Source: an uncultured Paracoccus sp. (GTDB taxonomy: Bacteria; Pseudomonadota; Alphaproteobacteria; Rhodobacterales; Rhodobacteraceae). From it: a DNA stretch of 57,744 nucleotides. Below, piece by piece: positions 28,756 through 38,752 of this stretch (position 1 is the stretch's first letter; each line of letters starts with the position of its first letter). Where the stretch lies: the NCBI RefSeq assembly GCF_946221145.1, contig NZ_CAMIOH010000001.1, positions 1-57,744 of the forward strand. The letters are read 5' to 3'. Under the pieces are notes generated by a model. The model was given only the letters and a program-made list of their open reading frames with translations. It did no database searches and was not told the origin of the DNA. The translations under genes and the position numbers were made by a program.

Positions 28756-31700
28756 TCAGCTGCACCCGCTGGTGCCGCCGCAGGTGTTGCACTTCATGCA
28801 TGTCCCGTTGCGCACCAAGGTGTAATTCCCGCATTCGCCGCAGGGATCGCCCTCGTATCCCTGCATCCGGGCCTTGGCGCGCAGGTCCATGGCGCCGGGT
28901 TCGGCCGTCATGATCGCCGTGGTGGATACCCCCGATTGCAGCACCATCAGATCCTGGGGCAGGCGCTTGCGCAGATACCCCGCGCTGCTGATCTGCTTCA
29001 GCATGGTCAGCGACTTCAGCTCGGCCTGTTCGCTGACCGGGGCGACGTTCAGCCCCTCGCGCTCGCCGCCGCCCATGTCGTCGAAGCGGGCGCCCTCGGG
29101 TTTCACATGGGCCAGGTCGGTGCGGTCCAGATAGCTGACGGCCAGTTCGCGGAACACGTAATCCAGGATCGAGGTCGCGTTCTTGATGCTGTCATTGCCC
29201 TGCACCATGCCCGCCGGTTCAAAGCGGGTGAAGGTGAAGGCGTCCACGAATTCCTCGAGCGGGACGCCATATTGCAGGCCCACCGACACGGCGATGGCGA
29301 AATTGTTCATCATCGCCCGGAAGCCCGCGCCTTCCTTGTGCATGTCGATGAAGATCTCGCCCAGGGCGCCGTCGTCATATTCGCCGGTGCGCAGATAGAC
29401 CTTGTGCCCGCCGACGATGGCCTTTTGGGTATAGCCCTTGCGGCGCTGCGGCAGTTTCTCGCGGTGGCTGCGCACGGCCTCCTTGACGATGATGCGTTCG
29501 ACGATCTTTTCGGCGATGACGGCGGCCTTTTCCTGCGCGCTGCCGCTGGCCAGGATCTCCTCGGCCTCTTCGTCGTCCTGGACCAGGGCGGCAGCCAGCG
29601 GTTGCGACAGCTTGGATCCGTCGCGATACAGCGCATTGGCCTTGATCCCCAGCGACCAGGACAGTTCATAGGCCGCAAGCGCGTCGGCGATCGTGGCGCT
29701 GTTGGGCATGTTGATGGTCTTGGAAATCGCGCCCGAGATGAAGGACTGCGCCGCCGCCATCATGCGGATATGGCTGTCCACCGACAGGTAACGCGTGCCC
29801 GTCTTGCCGCAGGCATTGGCGCAATCGAAGACCGGCAGGTGTTCGGTGCGCAGATGCGGCGCGCCTTCCAGCGTCATCGTGCCGCAGACATGATCGTTGG
29901 CGGCGTCGATCTGGGCCTTGGTGAATCCCAGATGCCGCAGCAGATCGAAGGTCGGATCGGCCAGCTTGCCCGCCGGGATGCCCAGGGTGCCCTTGCAGAA
30001 ATCCTCGCCCAGGGTCCACTGGTTGAAGACGAAGCGGATGTCGAAGGCCGTGGCAAGCGCGGCCTCGATCTTGTCGATCTCGGCCAGGCCGAAGCCGTGG
30101 CCCGCAAGCGCGGTGTGGTTGATCGCCGGACAGTTGCCAAGGCTGGCATGGCCCACGGCATAGGCGACGATTTCTTCGATCTGCGCGGGGCCGTAGCCCA
30201 GCTTGGTCAGCGCCGCAGGCACCGACTGGTTGATGATCTTGAAATAACCGCCGCCCGCCAGCTTCTTGAACTTGACCAGGGCAAAGTCCGGCTCGATCCC
30301 GGTGGTGTCGCAATCCATCACCAGACCGATGGTGCCGGTCGGCGCGATCACCGTGACCTGGGCGTTGCGAAAGCCGTGATCCTCGCCTTCGGTCAGGGCC
30401 TGGTCCCAGGCCTGGCGGGCAATGGCGACAAGGCGGGCGTCGGGGCAGTTGTCGGCGTCCAGTTCGACCGGGGCGACATTCACGCCCTGATAGGCGCCGG
30501 TGCCATGGGCCGCCGCGCGGTGGTTGCGGATCACCCGCAGCATATGGTCGGCATTGCGCACATAACCGGGAAAGGCGCCCAGTTCGGCCGCCATCTCGGC
30601 GCTTGTTCCATAGGCCACGCCGGTCATGATCGCCGTCAGCGCGCCGCACAGCGCCCGGCCCTCGTCGCTGTCATAGCCCAGGCCCATGTTCATCAGCAGG
30701 CCGCCGATATTGGCATAGCCCAGGCCCAGCGTGCGGAAGTCATAGCTGCGCTGCGCGATCTCGCGCGACGGGAATTGCGCCATCAGCACGCTGATTTCCA
30801 GCGTCACGGTCCACAGCCGGGTGGCGTGGACATAGGCGTCGGCATCGAACCGGCCATCCGCGAAGAAGGTCAGCAGGTTCATCGACGCCAGATTGCAGGC
30901 GGTGTCGTCCAGGAACATGTATTCGCTGCACGGGTTCGATCCGCGGATCGGCCCGTCCGCCGGGCAGGTGTGCCAGGCGTTCACCGTGTCGTGGAACTGG
31001 ATGCCGGGATCGGCGCAGGCCCAGGCGGCATGGCCGACCTGATCCCACAGTTCGCGCGCGCTGACCGTGCGGGCGACCGTGCCATCGGTGCGGCGCAGCA
31101 GCTCCCACGGGGCGTCGTCGCGCACCGCTTGCAGGAACGCATCCGTCACCCGGACCGAGTTGTTGGAATTCTGGCCCGAGACGCTGACATAAGCCTCGGA
31201 ATCCCAGTCGGTGTCATAGGTCGGGAATTCGATGCTGCCAAATCCCTGGCGGGCATATTGCAGCACCCGGTTGACATAGGTGTCCGGGATCATCGCCCGC
31301 CTGGCGGCGCGGATCGCCGCTTTCAGCGCCGGGTTCGCCGCCGGATCGGTGCTGCCGCCCTCGCGGATGGCCGCGAAAATGTCGTTCAGCCGCGCCTCAT
31401 GCGCCTTGGATCCGGCGACAAGGGATGCGACCTTCTGTTCCTCGATCACCTTCCAGTTGATGAAGGCTTCGATGTCGGGGTGATCCATGTCGCAGATCAC
31501 CATCTTGGCCGCGCGGCGCGTGGTGCCGCCCGACTTGATCGCGCCAGCCGCCCGGTCGCCGATCTTCAGAAACCCCATCAACCCGCTGGACTTGCCGCCG
31601 CCGGACAGCCGCTCGCCCTCGCCGCGCAGCGACGAAAAGTTGGTGCCGGTGCCCGATCCGTATTTGAACAGCCGCGCCTCGCGCACCCACAGGTCCATGA

Positions 31701-32340
31701 TGCCGCCGTCGTTCACCAGATCGTCGCTGACCGACTGGATGAAGCAGGCATGGGGCTGGGGGTGTTCATAGGCGCTGTCGGATTTGACAAGCTGGCCGGT
31801 CTTGTAATCGACATAGAAATGCCCCTGCGACGGGCCGTCGATGCCATAGGCCCAATGCAGCCCGGTATTGAACCATTGCGGGCTGTTCGGCGCGGCCATC
31901 TGGCGCGCCAGCATGAAGCGCATCTCGTCATGATAGGCGCGGGCGTCTTCTTCGTTGGAAAAATACCCGCCTTTCCAGCCCCAGTATGCCCAGGCCCCGG
32001 CCAGCCGGTCAAAGACCTGCCGGGCACTGGTTTCACCGCCAAAGCGCTGATCCTCGGGCAGGGCGGCCAGGGCCTGATCGTCGGCCACGCTGCGCCACAG
32101 GAAGTCGGGCACGCCCTTTTCCTTCACGCGCTTCAGCACCGCCGGGACACCCGCCTTGCGGAAGTATTTCTGGGCGATCACGTCGCTGGCGACCTGGCTC
32201 CAGCCCTCGGGGATCTCCACGGAATCGTTGTGGAACACGATCGTGCCATCGGGATTGCGGATCTCGCTGGTGGTCGTGGCAAAGGCGATGTCGCCATATG
32301 CGCCCCCGGCTGGGGTGGTAAAACGCCGTTCGATCTTCAT
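28756..32340 (-). CDS. nrdJ: Adenosylcobalamin-dependent (class II) ribonucleotide reductase
   Basis: MKIERRFT start, [33 protein letters not shown]-terminal Cys-rich ribbon. Confidence 0.97.
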   Translation of the reverse strand: MKIERRFTTPAGGAYGDIAFATTTSEIRNPDGTIVFHNDSVEIPEGWSQVASDVIAQKYFRKAGVPAVLKRVKEKGVPDFLWRSVADDQALAALPEDQRFGGETSARQVFDRLAGAWAYWGWKGGYFSNEEDARAYHDEMRFMLARQMAAPNSPQWFNTGLHWAYGIDGPSQGHFYVDYKTGQLVKSDSAYEHPQPHACFIQSVSDDLVNDGGIMDLWVREARLFKYGSGTGTNFSSLRGEGERLSGGGKSSGLMGFLKIGDRAAGAIKSGGTTRRAAKMVICDMDHPDIEAFINWKVIEEQKVASLVAGSKAHEARLNDIFAAIREGGSTDPAANPALKAAIRAARRAMIPDTYVNRVLQYARQGFGSIEFPTYDTDWDSEAYVSVSGQNSNNSVRVTDAFLQAVRDDAPWELLRRTDGTVARTVSARELWDQVGHAAWACADPGIQFHDTVNAWHTCPADGPIRGSNPCSEYMFLDDTACNLASMNLLTFFADGRFDADAYVHATRLWTVTLEISVLMAQFPSREIAQRSYDFRTLGLGYANIGGLLMNMGLGYDSDEGRALCGALTAIMTGVAYGTSAEMAAELGAFPGYVRNADHMLRVIRNHRAAAHGTGAYQGVNVAPVELDADNCPDARLVAIARQAWDQALTEGEDHGFRNAQVTVIAPTGTIGLVMDCDTTGIEPDFALVKFKKLAGGGYFKIINQSVPAALTKLGYGPAQIEEIVAYAVGHASLGNCPAINHTALAGHGFGLAEIDKIEAALATAFDIRFVFNQWTLGEDFCKGTLGIPAGKLADPTFDLLRHLGFTKAQIDAANDHVCGTMTLEGAPHLRTEHLPVFDCANACGKTGTRYLSVDSHIRMMAAAQSFISGAISKTINMPNSATIADALAAYELSWSLGIKANALYRDGSKLSQPLAAALVQDDEEAEEILASGSAQEKAAVIAEKIVERIIVKEAVRSHREKLPQRRKGYTQKAIVGGHKVYLRTGEYDDGALGEIFIDMHKEGAGFRAMMNNFAIAVSVGLQYGVPLEEFVDAFTFTRFEPAGMVQGNDSIKNATSILDYVFRELAVSYLDRTDLAHVKPEGARFDDMGGGEREGLNVAPVSEQAELKSLTMLKQISSAGYLRKRLPQDLMVLQSGVSTTAIMTAEPGAMDLRAKARMQGYEGDPCGECGNYTLVRNGTCMKCNTCGGTSGCS

Positions 32341-32495
32341 GCCCGTGGCCCTTTCATGTCGTCGTCCCTGATCCGCGACCTGCGCCACGCGGCAAAAGCC
32401 GCCCCCTTGCCGCAGCAATGGGTTCGGACCGCCCGACGGCGCCCGATCAGTCGAAAATCGCGAAGCGACGGGTCTTGGTGATTATCGCTCACCTG

Positions 32496-32542
32496 CCACC
32501 ACATCTGGTATGACCAACGCCGCAGACCACAAAATTGATCCT
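32496..32542. promoter_or_regulatory. Tandem NrdR boxes upstream of nrdJ
   Basis: CCACCACATCTGGTAT (32496-32511) and a weaker CCACAAAATTGATCCT starting 31 bp later. Confidence 0.65.
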
Positions 32543-32571
32543 ATTCAATACCGGATGCAACGATTCTTATC

Positions 32572-32764
32572 TGTGGATAACCGCCAGGGCGTGGTTGACT
32601 CGGGCGGTGACACATCGCCCGCAGATTCGCGCACAGCCATCGGCAGGCAGCACCGGTCAACATGACAGAGAAAAGATTATCTTAATCAATAACAATATCT
32701 TGCCAGATGGTGTCCCCTGTCTATCCACAGGGTTGTCCCAAAAGTCGCCAGCTGGTTTTGCACA
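32572..32764. promoter_or_regulatory. DnaA-box cluster
   Basis: Perfect TGTGGATAA 32572-32580; CTATCCACA 32721-32729; degenerate TTGTCCCAA 32733-32741 and TTTTGCACA 32756-32764. Confidence 0.6.
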
Positions 32765-32796
32765 GCTGATGCAAAACTGCCACGAATGGGCGCGGA

Positions 32797-33342
32797 TCAG
32801 CGCAGGGGCCGAAACGTGTCCCGGTCGGTGACGATCAGGTCCAGTGGCTGATCGAACCGGTCCGCCGGGATGTCGGGCAATTCTTGGACGGCGAAGGCCA
32901 GGCCGATGGCGATGGCGGGACCGGATTCGCGCAGCAATTGCAGGGTGCGGTCGTAATACCCGCCGCCATAGCCGATCCGGTTCCCGCGCATATCGAAGCC
33001 CGCCAGCGGCACGATCAGCACATCGGGCCGCAGGTCCGGCTGCGAATCAGGCGGATGGGACGTGCCGAAGGGACCGGGTACCAGCGGCTCGCCCGCCCAG
33101 CGGCGAAAGACCAGCGGCACCGCGCGGCCGGGCACCACCGGCAGGCAAACCGGGCCGTCATGCGCGGCCATCGCGGGCAGGGGGTCGGCCTCGCCCCGCA
33201 TCGGCCAATAGCCCGACAGGACCGCCCCCCGATGCGGCGCGAGAGCGGCGGTCAGGTGGCGGGTCAGCGCGTCCTGATCGCCGCCGGCCGCACGGGCGGC
33301 CAGGGCGCGGGCGCGCAGGGCGGATTTGTCGGCGGCGATCAC
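32797..33342 (-). CDS. ygfA: 5-formyltetrahydrofolate cyclo-ligase
   Basis: YWPMRGEADP, VPLAGFD, RIGYGGGYYDRTL, DQPLDLIVT. Confidence 0.95.
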   Translation of the reverse strand: MIAADKSALRARALAARAAGGDQDALTRHLTAALAPHRGAVLSGYWPMRGEADPLPAMAAHDGPVCLPVVPGRAVPLVFRRWAGEPLVPGPFGTSHPPDSQPDLRPDVLIVPLAGFDMRGNRIGYGGGYYDRTLQLLRESGPAIAIGLAFAVQELPDIPADRFDQPLDLIVTDRDTFRPLR

Positions 33343-34727
33343 AGCAGGATCACGGTGGCCAGCCCCAGAAAGGCAAAGAAGCCCATCACATCGGTCATCG
33401 TGGTCACGAAGGTGCCCGAGGCCAAAGCCGGGTCCAGCCCCAGCTTGTCCAGCGTCAGCGGCACCAGCACGCCCCCCAGGGCCGCCACGATCTGGTTCAC
33501 CACCATCGCCGCCCCCAGCACCACGCCCAGACGGATGTCGCCGAAGATCAACGTTCCGGCAATGCCCAGGATCAGCGCCAGCCCCAGGCCATTCAGCATC
33601 CCGGCCAGCAATTCGCGCATCACCACGCGCCGCGCGTTGGACCGGTTCAGGTCGCGCGTGGCCAGGCCCCGGACGGCGACGGCCAGCGACTGCGTTCCGG
33701 CAATCCCGCCGGTCGAGGCGACGATCGGCATCAGCGCGGCAAGCGCCACCAGCGTGGCGATGGTATTTTCGAACATCGAAATGACCACCGCCGACAGCGA
33801 GGCCGTGAACAGGTTCACGACCAGCCAGGGCAGGCGCTGCCGCGCGGTGGCAAAGGCGCCGTCGGTGACATGGCTTTCATCGCCCACGCCCGCCAGGCGC
33901 AGGATGTCCTCCTCGTGTTCCTCGTCCAGGACGGCCATGGCGTCGTCGATGGTGATGATGCCCACCAGCCGGTCGTCGCGGTCCACCACCGGGGCCGAGA
34001 TCAGGTGATACTGGTTGAAGACATAGGCCACGTCCGCCTCCTCGGCAAAGGCGCTGAGGGTGCGGAAGCTGTCCTCGGTGATGTCGCGCAGGGGCGTGGC
34101 GGGGCTGGAGGCCAGCAGCCGGCCCAGCGTGACATAGCCCAGCGGATGACGGCGCGGATCGACCAGGACGATGTGGTAGAACTGTTCGGGCAGCCATTCT
34201 TCGGATTGCAGAAAGGCGATCGCCTCGCCCACGGTCCAGTGCTCGGGGGCGGTCACGACCTCGGACTGCATCAGGCGGCCGGCGGAATATTCGGGATAGG
34301 CCAGCGACTGCTGAACGGCGGCGCGGTCGGTCGCGTCCAGGGCGGCCAGGATTTCGGCCCGGTCCGGCTCGTCCATGTCCTCGACCAGATCGACCACGTC
34401 GTCGCTGTCCATTTCGCGGACGGCTTCGGCCAGAACCTCGCGGGGCAGCTGGTCGATCACCTCTTCGCGGATCGAATCGTCGATCTCGGACAGGATCTCG
34501 CCGTCGATCTCTCCGCTGTACAATGCCAGGAAGGCGCGGCGCTTGGCCGGATCCAGACGCTCGATGATGTCGGCGATGTCGGCGCCGTGCATCGGCTCCA
34601 GCAGGGTGTTCAGGCTGGACGCGTCGCCCGCCTCGATGGCGGCGTCGATCTGGTCCAGAAGCGCGCGCCGGGGCAGGTATTCATCCTCGGACGGGTGGTC
34701 GTCGGGCAGGGTGGCGGGATCGGTCAT
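33339..34727 (-). CDS. mgtE: Magnesium transporter MgtE
   Basis: YPEYSAGRLM, CBS pair, RLPWLVVNL, DPALASGTFVTTMTDVMG. Confidence 0.96.
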   Translation of the reverse strand: MTDPATLPDDHPSEDEYLPRRALLDQIDAAIEAGDASSLNTLLEPMHGADIADIIERLDPAKRRAFLALYSGEIDGEILSEIDDSIREEVIDQLPREVLAEAVREMDSDDVVDLVEDMDEPDRAEILAALDATDRAAVQQSLAYPEYSAGRLMQSEVVTAPEHWTVGEAIAFLQSEEWLPEQFYHIVLVDPRRHPLGYVTLGRLLASSPATPLRDITEDSFRTLSAFAEEADVAYVFNQYHLISAPVVDRDDRLVGIITIDDAMAVLDEEHEEDILRLAGVGDESHVTDGAFATARQRLPWLVVNLFTASLSAVVISMFENTIATLVALAALMPIVASTGGIAGTQSLAVAVRGLATRDLNRSNARRVVMRELLAGMLNGLGLALILGIAGTLIFGDIRLGVVLGAAMVVNQIVAALGGVLVPLTLDKLGLDPALASGTFVTTMTDVMGFFAFLGLATVILL

Positions 34728-35515
34728 GCCGCATCCCCCCCGTTCAGCAGCGCCAGCGCCGCGCGATGCAGGTCGGGCGATGCCGCGGCGATCACCTGCC
34801 CGCCGTGCTGCGCGGGGCCGCCCTGCCAGTCGGTCACGATCCCCCCCGCGGCCCGCACCACCGCCAGAGGCCCGGCGATGTCATAGGATTGCAGCCCCGC
34901 CTCGATCACCAGATCCACCTGGCCCAGGGCCAGCAGCGCATAGGCATAGCAATCCAGCCCGTATCGCGTCAGCCGCACCTGCTGGGCCACGCGGCGGAAG
35001 GCCGTGGCCTCGTCATCAGTGCCCAGTTCGGGAAAGGTCGTCAGCAGCGTCGCCTGCGCCAGATCGACGCGGCGCACGGCCAGGGGGCGTTCGCCTGCAT
35101 CGGACAGAAGCCGTGCCCGGCCCAGCCCGCCCTCGAACCGTTCGCGGATATAGGGCTGGTCGATCAGGCCATAGGTGATGTCGTCCCCGTTAGACAGGCC
35201 GATCAGCACCCCCCAGCTGACCGCCCCGCACAGAAAGGCGCGGGTGCCGTCGATGGGATCCAGGATCCAGGTCAGGCCGCTGGTGCCCTGGGTCGCGCCG
35301 TATTCCTCGCCCAGGATGGCGTCGTCGGGGCGCAGCCGGGCCAGCACGTCGCGCATGGCGCGTTCGGCGGCGCGGTCAGCCTCGGTCACCGGGTCAAAGC
35401 CCGCCTGACGCTTGTTGTCGGCCACCAGATTGGTCCGGAAATAGGGCAGAATCGCCGCCCGGGCGGCATCCGCCATCCGGTGCGCCGTGTCGATGATATC
35501 TTGCGCGTCCTGCAT
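34724..35515 (-). CDS. hisN: Histidinol-phosphatase, inositol monophosphatase family
   Basis: FDPVTEADRAAE, GEEYG, WILDPIDGTRAF, DCYAYALLA. Confidence 0.88.
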   Translation of the reverse strand: MQDAQDIIDTAHRMADAARAAILPYFRTNLVADNKRQAGFDPVTEADRAAERAMRDVLARLRPDDAILGEEYGATQGTSGLTWILDPIDGTRAFLCGAVSWGVLIGLSNGDDITYGLIDQPYIRERFEGGLGRARLLSDAGERPLAVRRVDLAQATLLTTFPELGTDDEATAFRRVAQQVRLTRYGLDCYAYALLALGQVDLVIEAGLQSYDIAGPLAVVRAAGGIVTDWQGGPAQHGGQVIAAASPDLHRAALALLNGGDAA

Positions 35516-35662
35516 GGCTGTCCCCTGATCCGGTTCACGGGCAGGACTAACCCGAAGGCATCGTCCTGCCAATGGCGGCCAGCGGATTTGACAGCCAAAC
35601 CCGTGTCAGGCGCGTGACAGAAACACATCGCGCGCCCGGGACGGGATCAGGCCGGGCAGAAA

Positions 35663-36022
35663 TCAGGCAGCGTCGGACAGGACGCGGGCCAGTTCGAAAA
35701 TCTGGCGGCGCTGCGCGGCGGGCATCGTGTAATAGGCGCGAACCAGTTGCAGGGCTTCCTTGTCGGCCAGGATGTCGCCCGCGACCGCATCGGGAATGTC
35801 GCCCTCTTGCAAGCCCTCAAAGAAAAAGCTGACCGGCACGTCAACCGCGCGGGCGATGTCCCACAGGCGGGACGCCGACACCCGGTTCATGCCGGTTTCA
35901 TATTTCTGGATCTGCTGGAATTTGATACCGACCTTGTCGGCCAGCTGCTGTTGCGTCATTCCAATCATCCAGCGACGATGGCGAATGCGCTTGCCCACGT
36001 GAACGTCAACACCGTGTTTCAT
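35663..36022 (-). CDS. XRE-family HTH regulator
   Basis: VDVHVGKRIRHRR, FQQIQKYETGMNRVSASRL. Confidence 0.94.
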   Translation of the reverse strand: MKHGVDVHVGKRIRHRRWMIGMTQQQLADKVGIKFQQIQKYETGMNRVSASRLWDIARAVDVPVSFFFEGLQEGDIPDAVAGDILADKEALQLVRAYYTMPAAQRRQIFELARVLSDAA

Positions 36023-36180
36023 CGTTACTACCTCATGCAATCTAAGGAAGCACTACTCCAACCTTCCTCAATTTTCGAGTGTTAACCTGGTTAACGGCGC
36101 CGATCTTGACCAAAAAGACAGGTCTGTCCGGTTGTCGAGGGCCTTCTGTTAAGGGAATGAGAGACTTGGCGAAAACCTCC

Positions 36181-37158
36181 ATGGCCGCTGGATCTGGTTT
36201 GATCCGAATCGCCCTTGTGGAACAACTGGGAGGCGAGCCGGTGGTCCGGCAGCATCCCGGCCCCCAGGCTGGCCCCGGTCAGGCCCTGGTCCGGATGCGC
36301 GCGGCGGCGCTGAATTTCGCGGACCTGCTCAAGGCAAGGGGCGAATATCAGGAACGTCAGGACCCGCCCTTTGCCCCCGGACTGGAGGGCGCGGGCGAGG
36401 TGATCGCCGCGCCGGACGGCAGCGGCCTGCGTCCCGGCGACCGGGTGGCCGTGCTGGCGCCGGGCACCCTGGCCGAACAGATCGCGGTGCCCCCCGGCGC
36501 CTGCACCCCGATCCCCGACGCGATGGATTTCGAACAGGCCGCGGGGTTCCAGATCGCCTATGGCACCAGCCACCTGGCCCTGACCGCGCGTGCCGGCCTG
36601 CGCGCGGGGGAAACGCTGGCCGTGCTGGGCGCGGCGGGCGGCGTCGGCCTGACCGCGGTCGAGATCGGGCGCGCCCTGGGCGCCCGCGTGATCGGCGTGG
36701 CGCGGGGGCAGGACCGGCTGGACGTGGTGCGGGCGGCGGGCGCCGAGCAGGTGATCGACAGCGCCGATTGCCCGGATCTGAAATCCGCGCTGCGCGATCT
36801 GGGCGGGGTTGATGTCGTCTATGACGCGGTAGGCGACAGTGCGGGTGAGGCGGCGTTCCGCGCTCTGAACCCCGGCGGGCGGTTCCTGGCGATCGGCTTT
36901 GCGGGCGGCAAGCCTCCGGTGCTGCCGCTGAACCATGCCCTGGTCAAGAACATCGCGATCCATGGCTTTTACTGGGGCGGCTATGCCAGGCTGGACCCGG
37001 CGGCCGTGTCCGACAGCATGAGGGATCTGTTCCGCCTGTTCGGGCAGGGTCGGCTTGCCCCTGTCCTGGGCGAGGTGATGCCGCTGGATCGCATCGCGGA
37101 TGCCTTTGACCTGCTGCGCAGCCGCCGATCGGTCGGCAAGATCGTCGTGACGCTGTAA
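36181..37158 (+). CDS. NADPH:quinone oxidoreductase (MDR family)
   Basis: ALNFADLL, PGLEGAG, GAAGGVG, IGFAGG, SVGKIVV. Confidence 0.93.
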   Translation: MAAGSGLIRIALVEQLGGEPVVRQHPGPQAGPGQALVRMRAAALNFADLLKARGEYQERQDPPFAPGLEGAGEVIAAPDGSGLRPGDRVAVLAPGTLAEQIAVPPGACTPIPDAMDFEQAAGFQIAYGTSHLALTARAGLRAGETLAVLGAAGGVGLTAVEIGRALGARVIGVARGQDRLDVVRAAGAEQVIDSADCPDLKSALRDLGGVDVVYDAVGDSAGEAAFRALNPGGRFLAIGFAGGKPPVLPLNHALVKNIAIHGFYWGGYARLDPAAVSDSMRDLFRLFGQGRLAPVLGEVMPLDRIADAFDLLRSRRSVGKIVVTL

Positions 37159-37274
37159 CAACTGCGTAAAACTGTCCCGATCCGGGGCTTTGCCGCATTG
37201 AATCGCGGGCGTATCGTGCCAATATGGTGGCCATAAACCGGCAAATGCCGGCCTGTCCTTCTAGGGAGAGTTTG

Positions 37275-38009
37275 ATGGCAGATTACAACACGTACCGCAC
37301 CACGCAGAGCATCGGCACCCGCCAGGCGGCCGTCGATGAGGGGCTGCGGGCCTATATGAACAAGGTTTATGGGCTGATGGCGGTCGGCATGGGTGTAACC
37401 GCCGTCGCAGCCTATGGGATCAGCACGCTGGCCGTGAACAACCCCGCGGTGGCGCAGGCGCTGTATGCCTCGCCCCTGAAATGGGTGATCATGTTCGCCC
37501 CGCTGCTGGTGGTCTTTGCCTTCGGCGCCGCGATCAACCGTCTGTCGGTGTCTGCCGCGACCATGGTGTTCTATGGCTTTGCCGCGCTGATGGGGCTGTC
37601 GATCAGCTCGATCTTCCTGGTCTATACCGGCACGTCGATCGTGCAGACGTTCCTGGTGACGGCCATCGCCTTTGCGGGCCTGTCGCTGTGGGGCTATACC
37701 ACGAAGAAAGACCTGTCGGGCTGGGGCACCTTCCTGATCATGGGCGTGATCGGCCTGATCGTGGCCTCGATCGTGAACATCTTCCTGCAATCCTCGGCCA
37801 TGCAGTTCGCGATCTCGGTTCTGGGCGTGCTGATCTTCGCGGGCCTGACCGCCTTCGACACGCAGCGGATCAAGAACACCTATCTGCAAATGGCCGGGTC
37901 GGGTTCGGACTTCCTGGGCAAATCCGCCATCATGGGCGCGCTGAGCCTGTATCTGAACTTCCTGAACCTGTTCATGTTCCTGCTGCAATTCATGGGCAAC
38001 CGCGAGTGA
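37275..38009 (+). CDS. Bax inhibitor-1/YccA family membrane protein
   Basis: DEGLRAYMNKVY, GYTTKKDLS, TAFDTQRIK; RBS GGAGAG. Confidence 0.95.
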   Translation: MADYNTYRTTQSIGTRQAAVDEGLRAYMNKVYGLMAVGMGVTAVAAYGISTLAVNNPAVAQALYASPLKWVIMFAPLLVVFAFGAAINRLSVSAATMVFYGFAALMGLSISSIFLVYTGTSIVQTFLVTAIAFAGLSLWGYTTKKDLSGWGTFLIMGVIGLIVASIVNIFLQSSAMQFAISVLGVLIFAGLTAFDTQRIKNTYLQMAGSGSDFLGKSAIMGALSLYLNFLNLFMFLLQFMGNRE

Positions 38010-38034
38010 TCTTCGCAGGATCGTGACCGCATCG

Positions 38035-38062
38035 ACCCCCGCTCCACCGGCGGGGGTTTTTT
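38035..38062 (+). terminator. Intrinsic terminator
   Basis: ACCCCCGC-tccaccg-GCGGGGGT followed by TTTTT. Confidence 0.85.
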
Positions 38063-38218
38063 CATGGCCGGTCGAACTGTCGGCGGCGCAGTTAGTGCGC
38101 ACAGAAGATGAGGCTGCCAGATGCCGGCGATCCGGGCGACCGGGCGTTGTGCCGGATGGGCAGCAGGGTCTGGATTTTCGCGGCAACAAGCTGCCGGTCG
38201 TCGGCTGTCGCGCCCGGC

Positions 38219-38671
38219 TTACTCGTAAAACTCTGGCGCGCGGCGCAGCGATGGCCATTGGTCGGCATCATGTCCGTAAACGACCAGGGCCGCCCCTTCT
38301 CTTGCTGCGGTTTCAGAAATTTTCCGGGTGCTGGCCCTGATACTGTCTTCGTCATCCATGTCTGTGATGAACATCGGGCGGGTCGCTGCGTCCGCCATCG
38401 AATGATGCATGACGGCATCAGCCGCCAGCAGGACCGGCCCTGTCCCGGCAAGCCGGACCAACACGGACTGATGGCCGGGGACATGACCGCTCGTTTCCAA
38501 AAGCGTTACGCCGGGTGCAATCTCCACGTATCCCTCGACAGGACGATAGCGAAGTGCGGGGTGATCCCAGATCGCCCGATTGGCCGCCAAGCGCGGATGT
38601 CCGCCCTTGGCGATGTCATGGTGCCGTCGCTGAATGATCACTTCGGCCTGCACGAACAGATCGTGGTTGCC
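38219..38671 (-). pseudogene. 5'-truncated N-acyl-homoserine lactonase family (MBL-fold) hydrolase
   Basis: GNHDLF..AEVIIQR, TSGHVPGHQSVLVRL, LAADA and VYGHD retained; N-terminal half with the metal motif absent. Confidence 0.75.
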
Positions 38672-38752
38672 AGAGCTTGGGCAGGACCCGCCGATCCCCG
38701 CAGGCCGCTGCCTTGTCGTCTGCCGGGGGGCGGGCGTGCGGCCAGACCCCCG

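Noticed and set aside
28654..32481. 1275-aa + strand ORF
   Set aside because: Antisense shadow of nrdJ; long stop-free antisense frames are expected in high-GC coding DNA; no recognisable motifs
33343..33400. 6S RNA expected upstream of ygfA
   Set aside because: ygfA overlaps the mgtE stop codon here, leaving no room for ssrS
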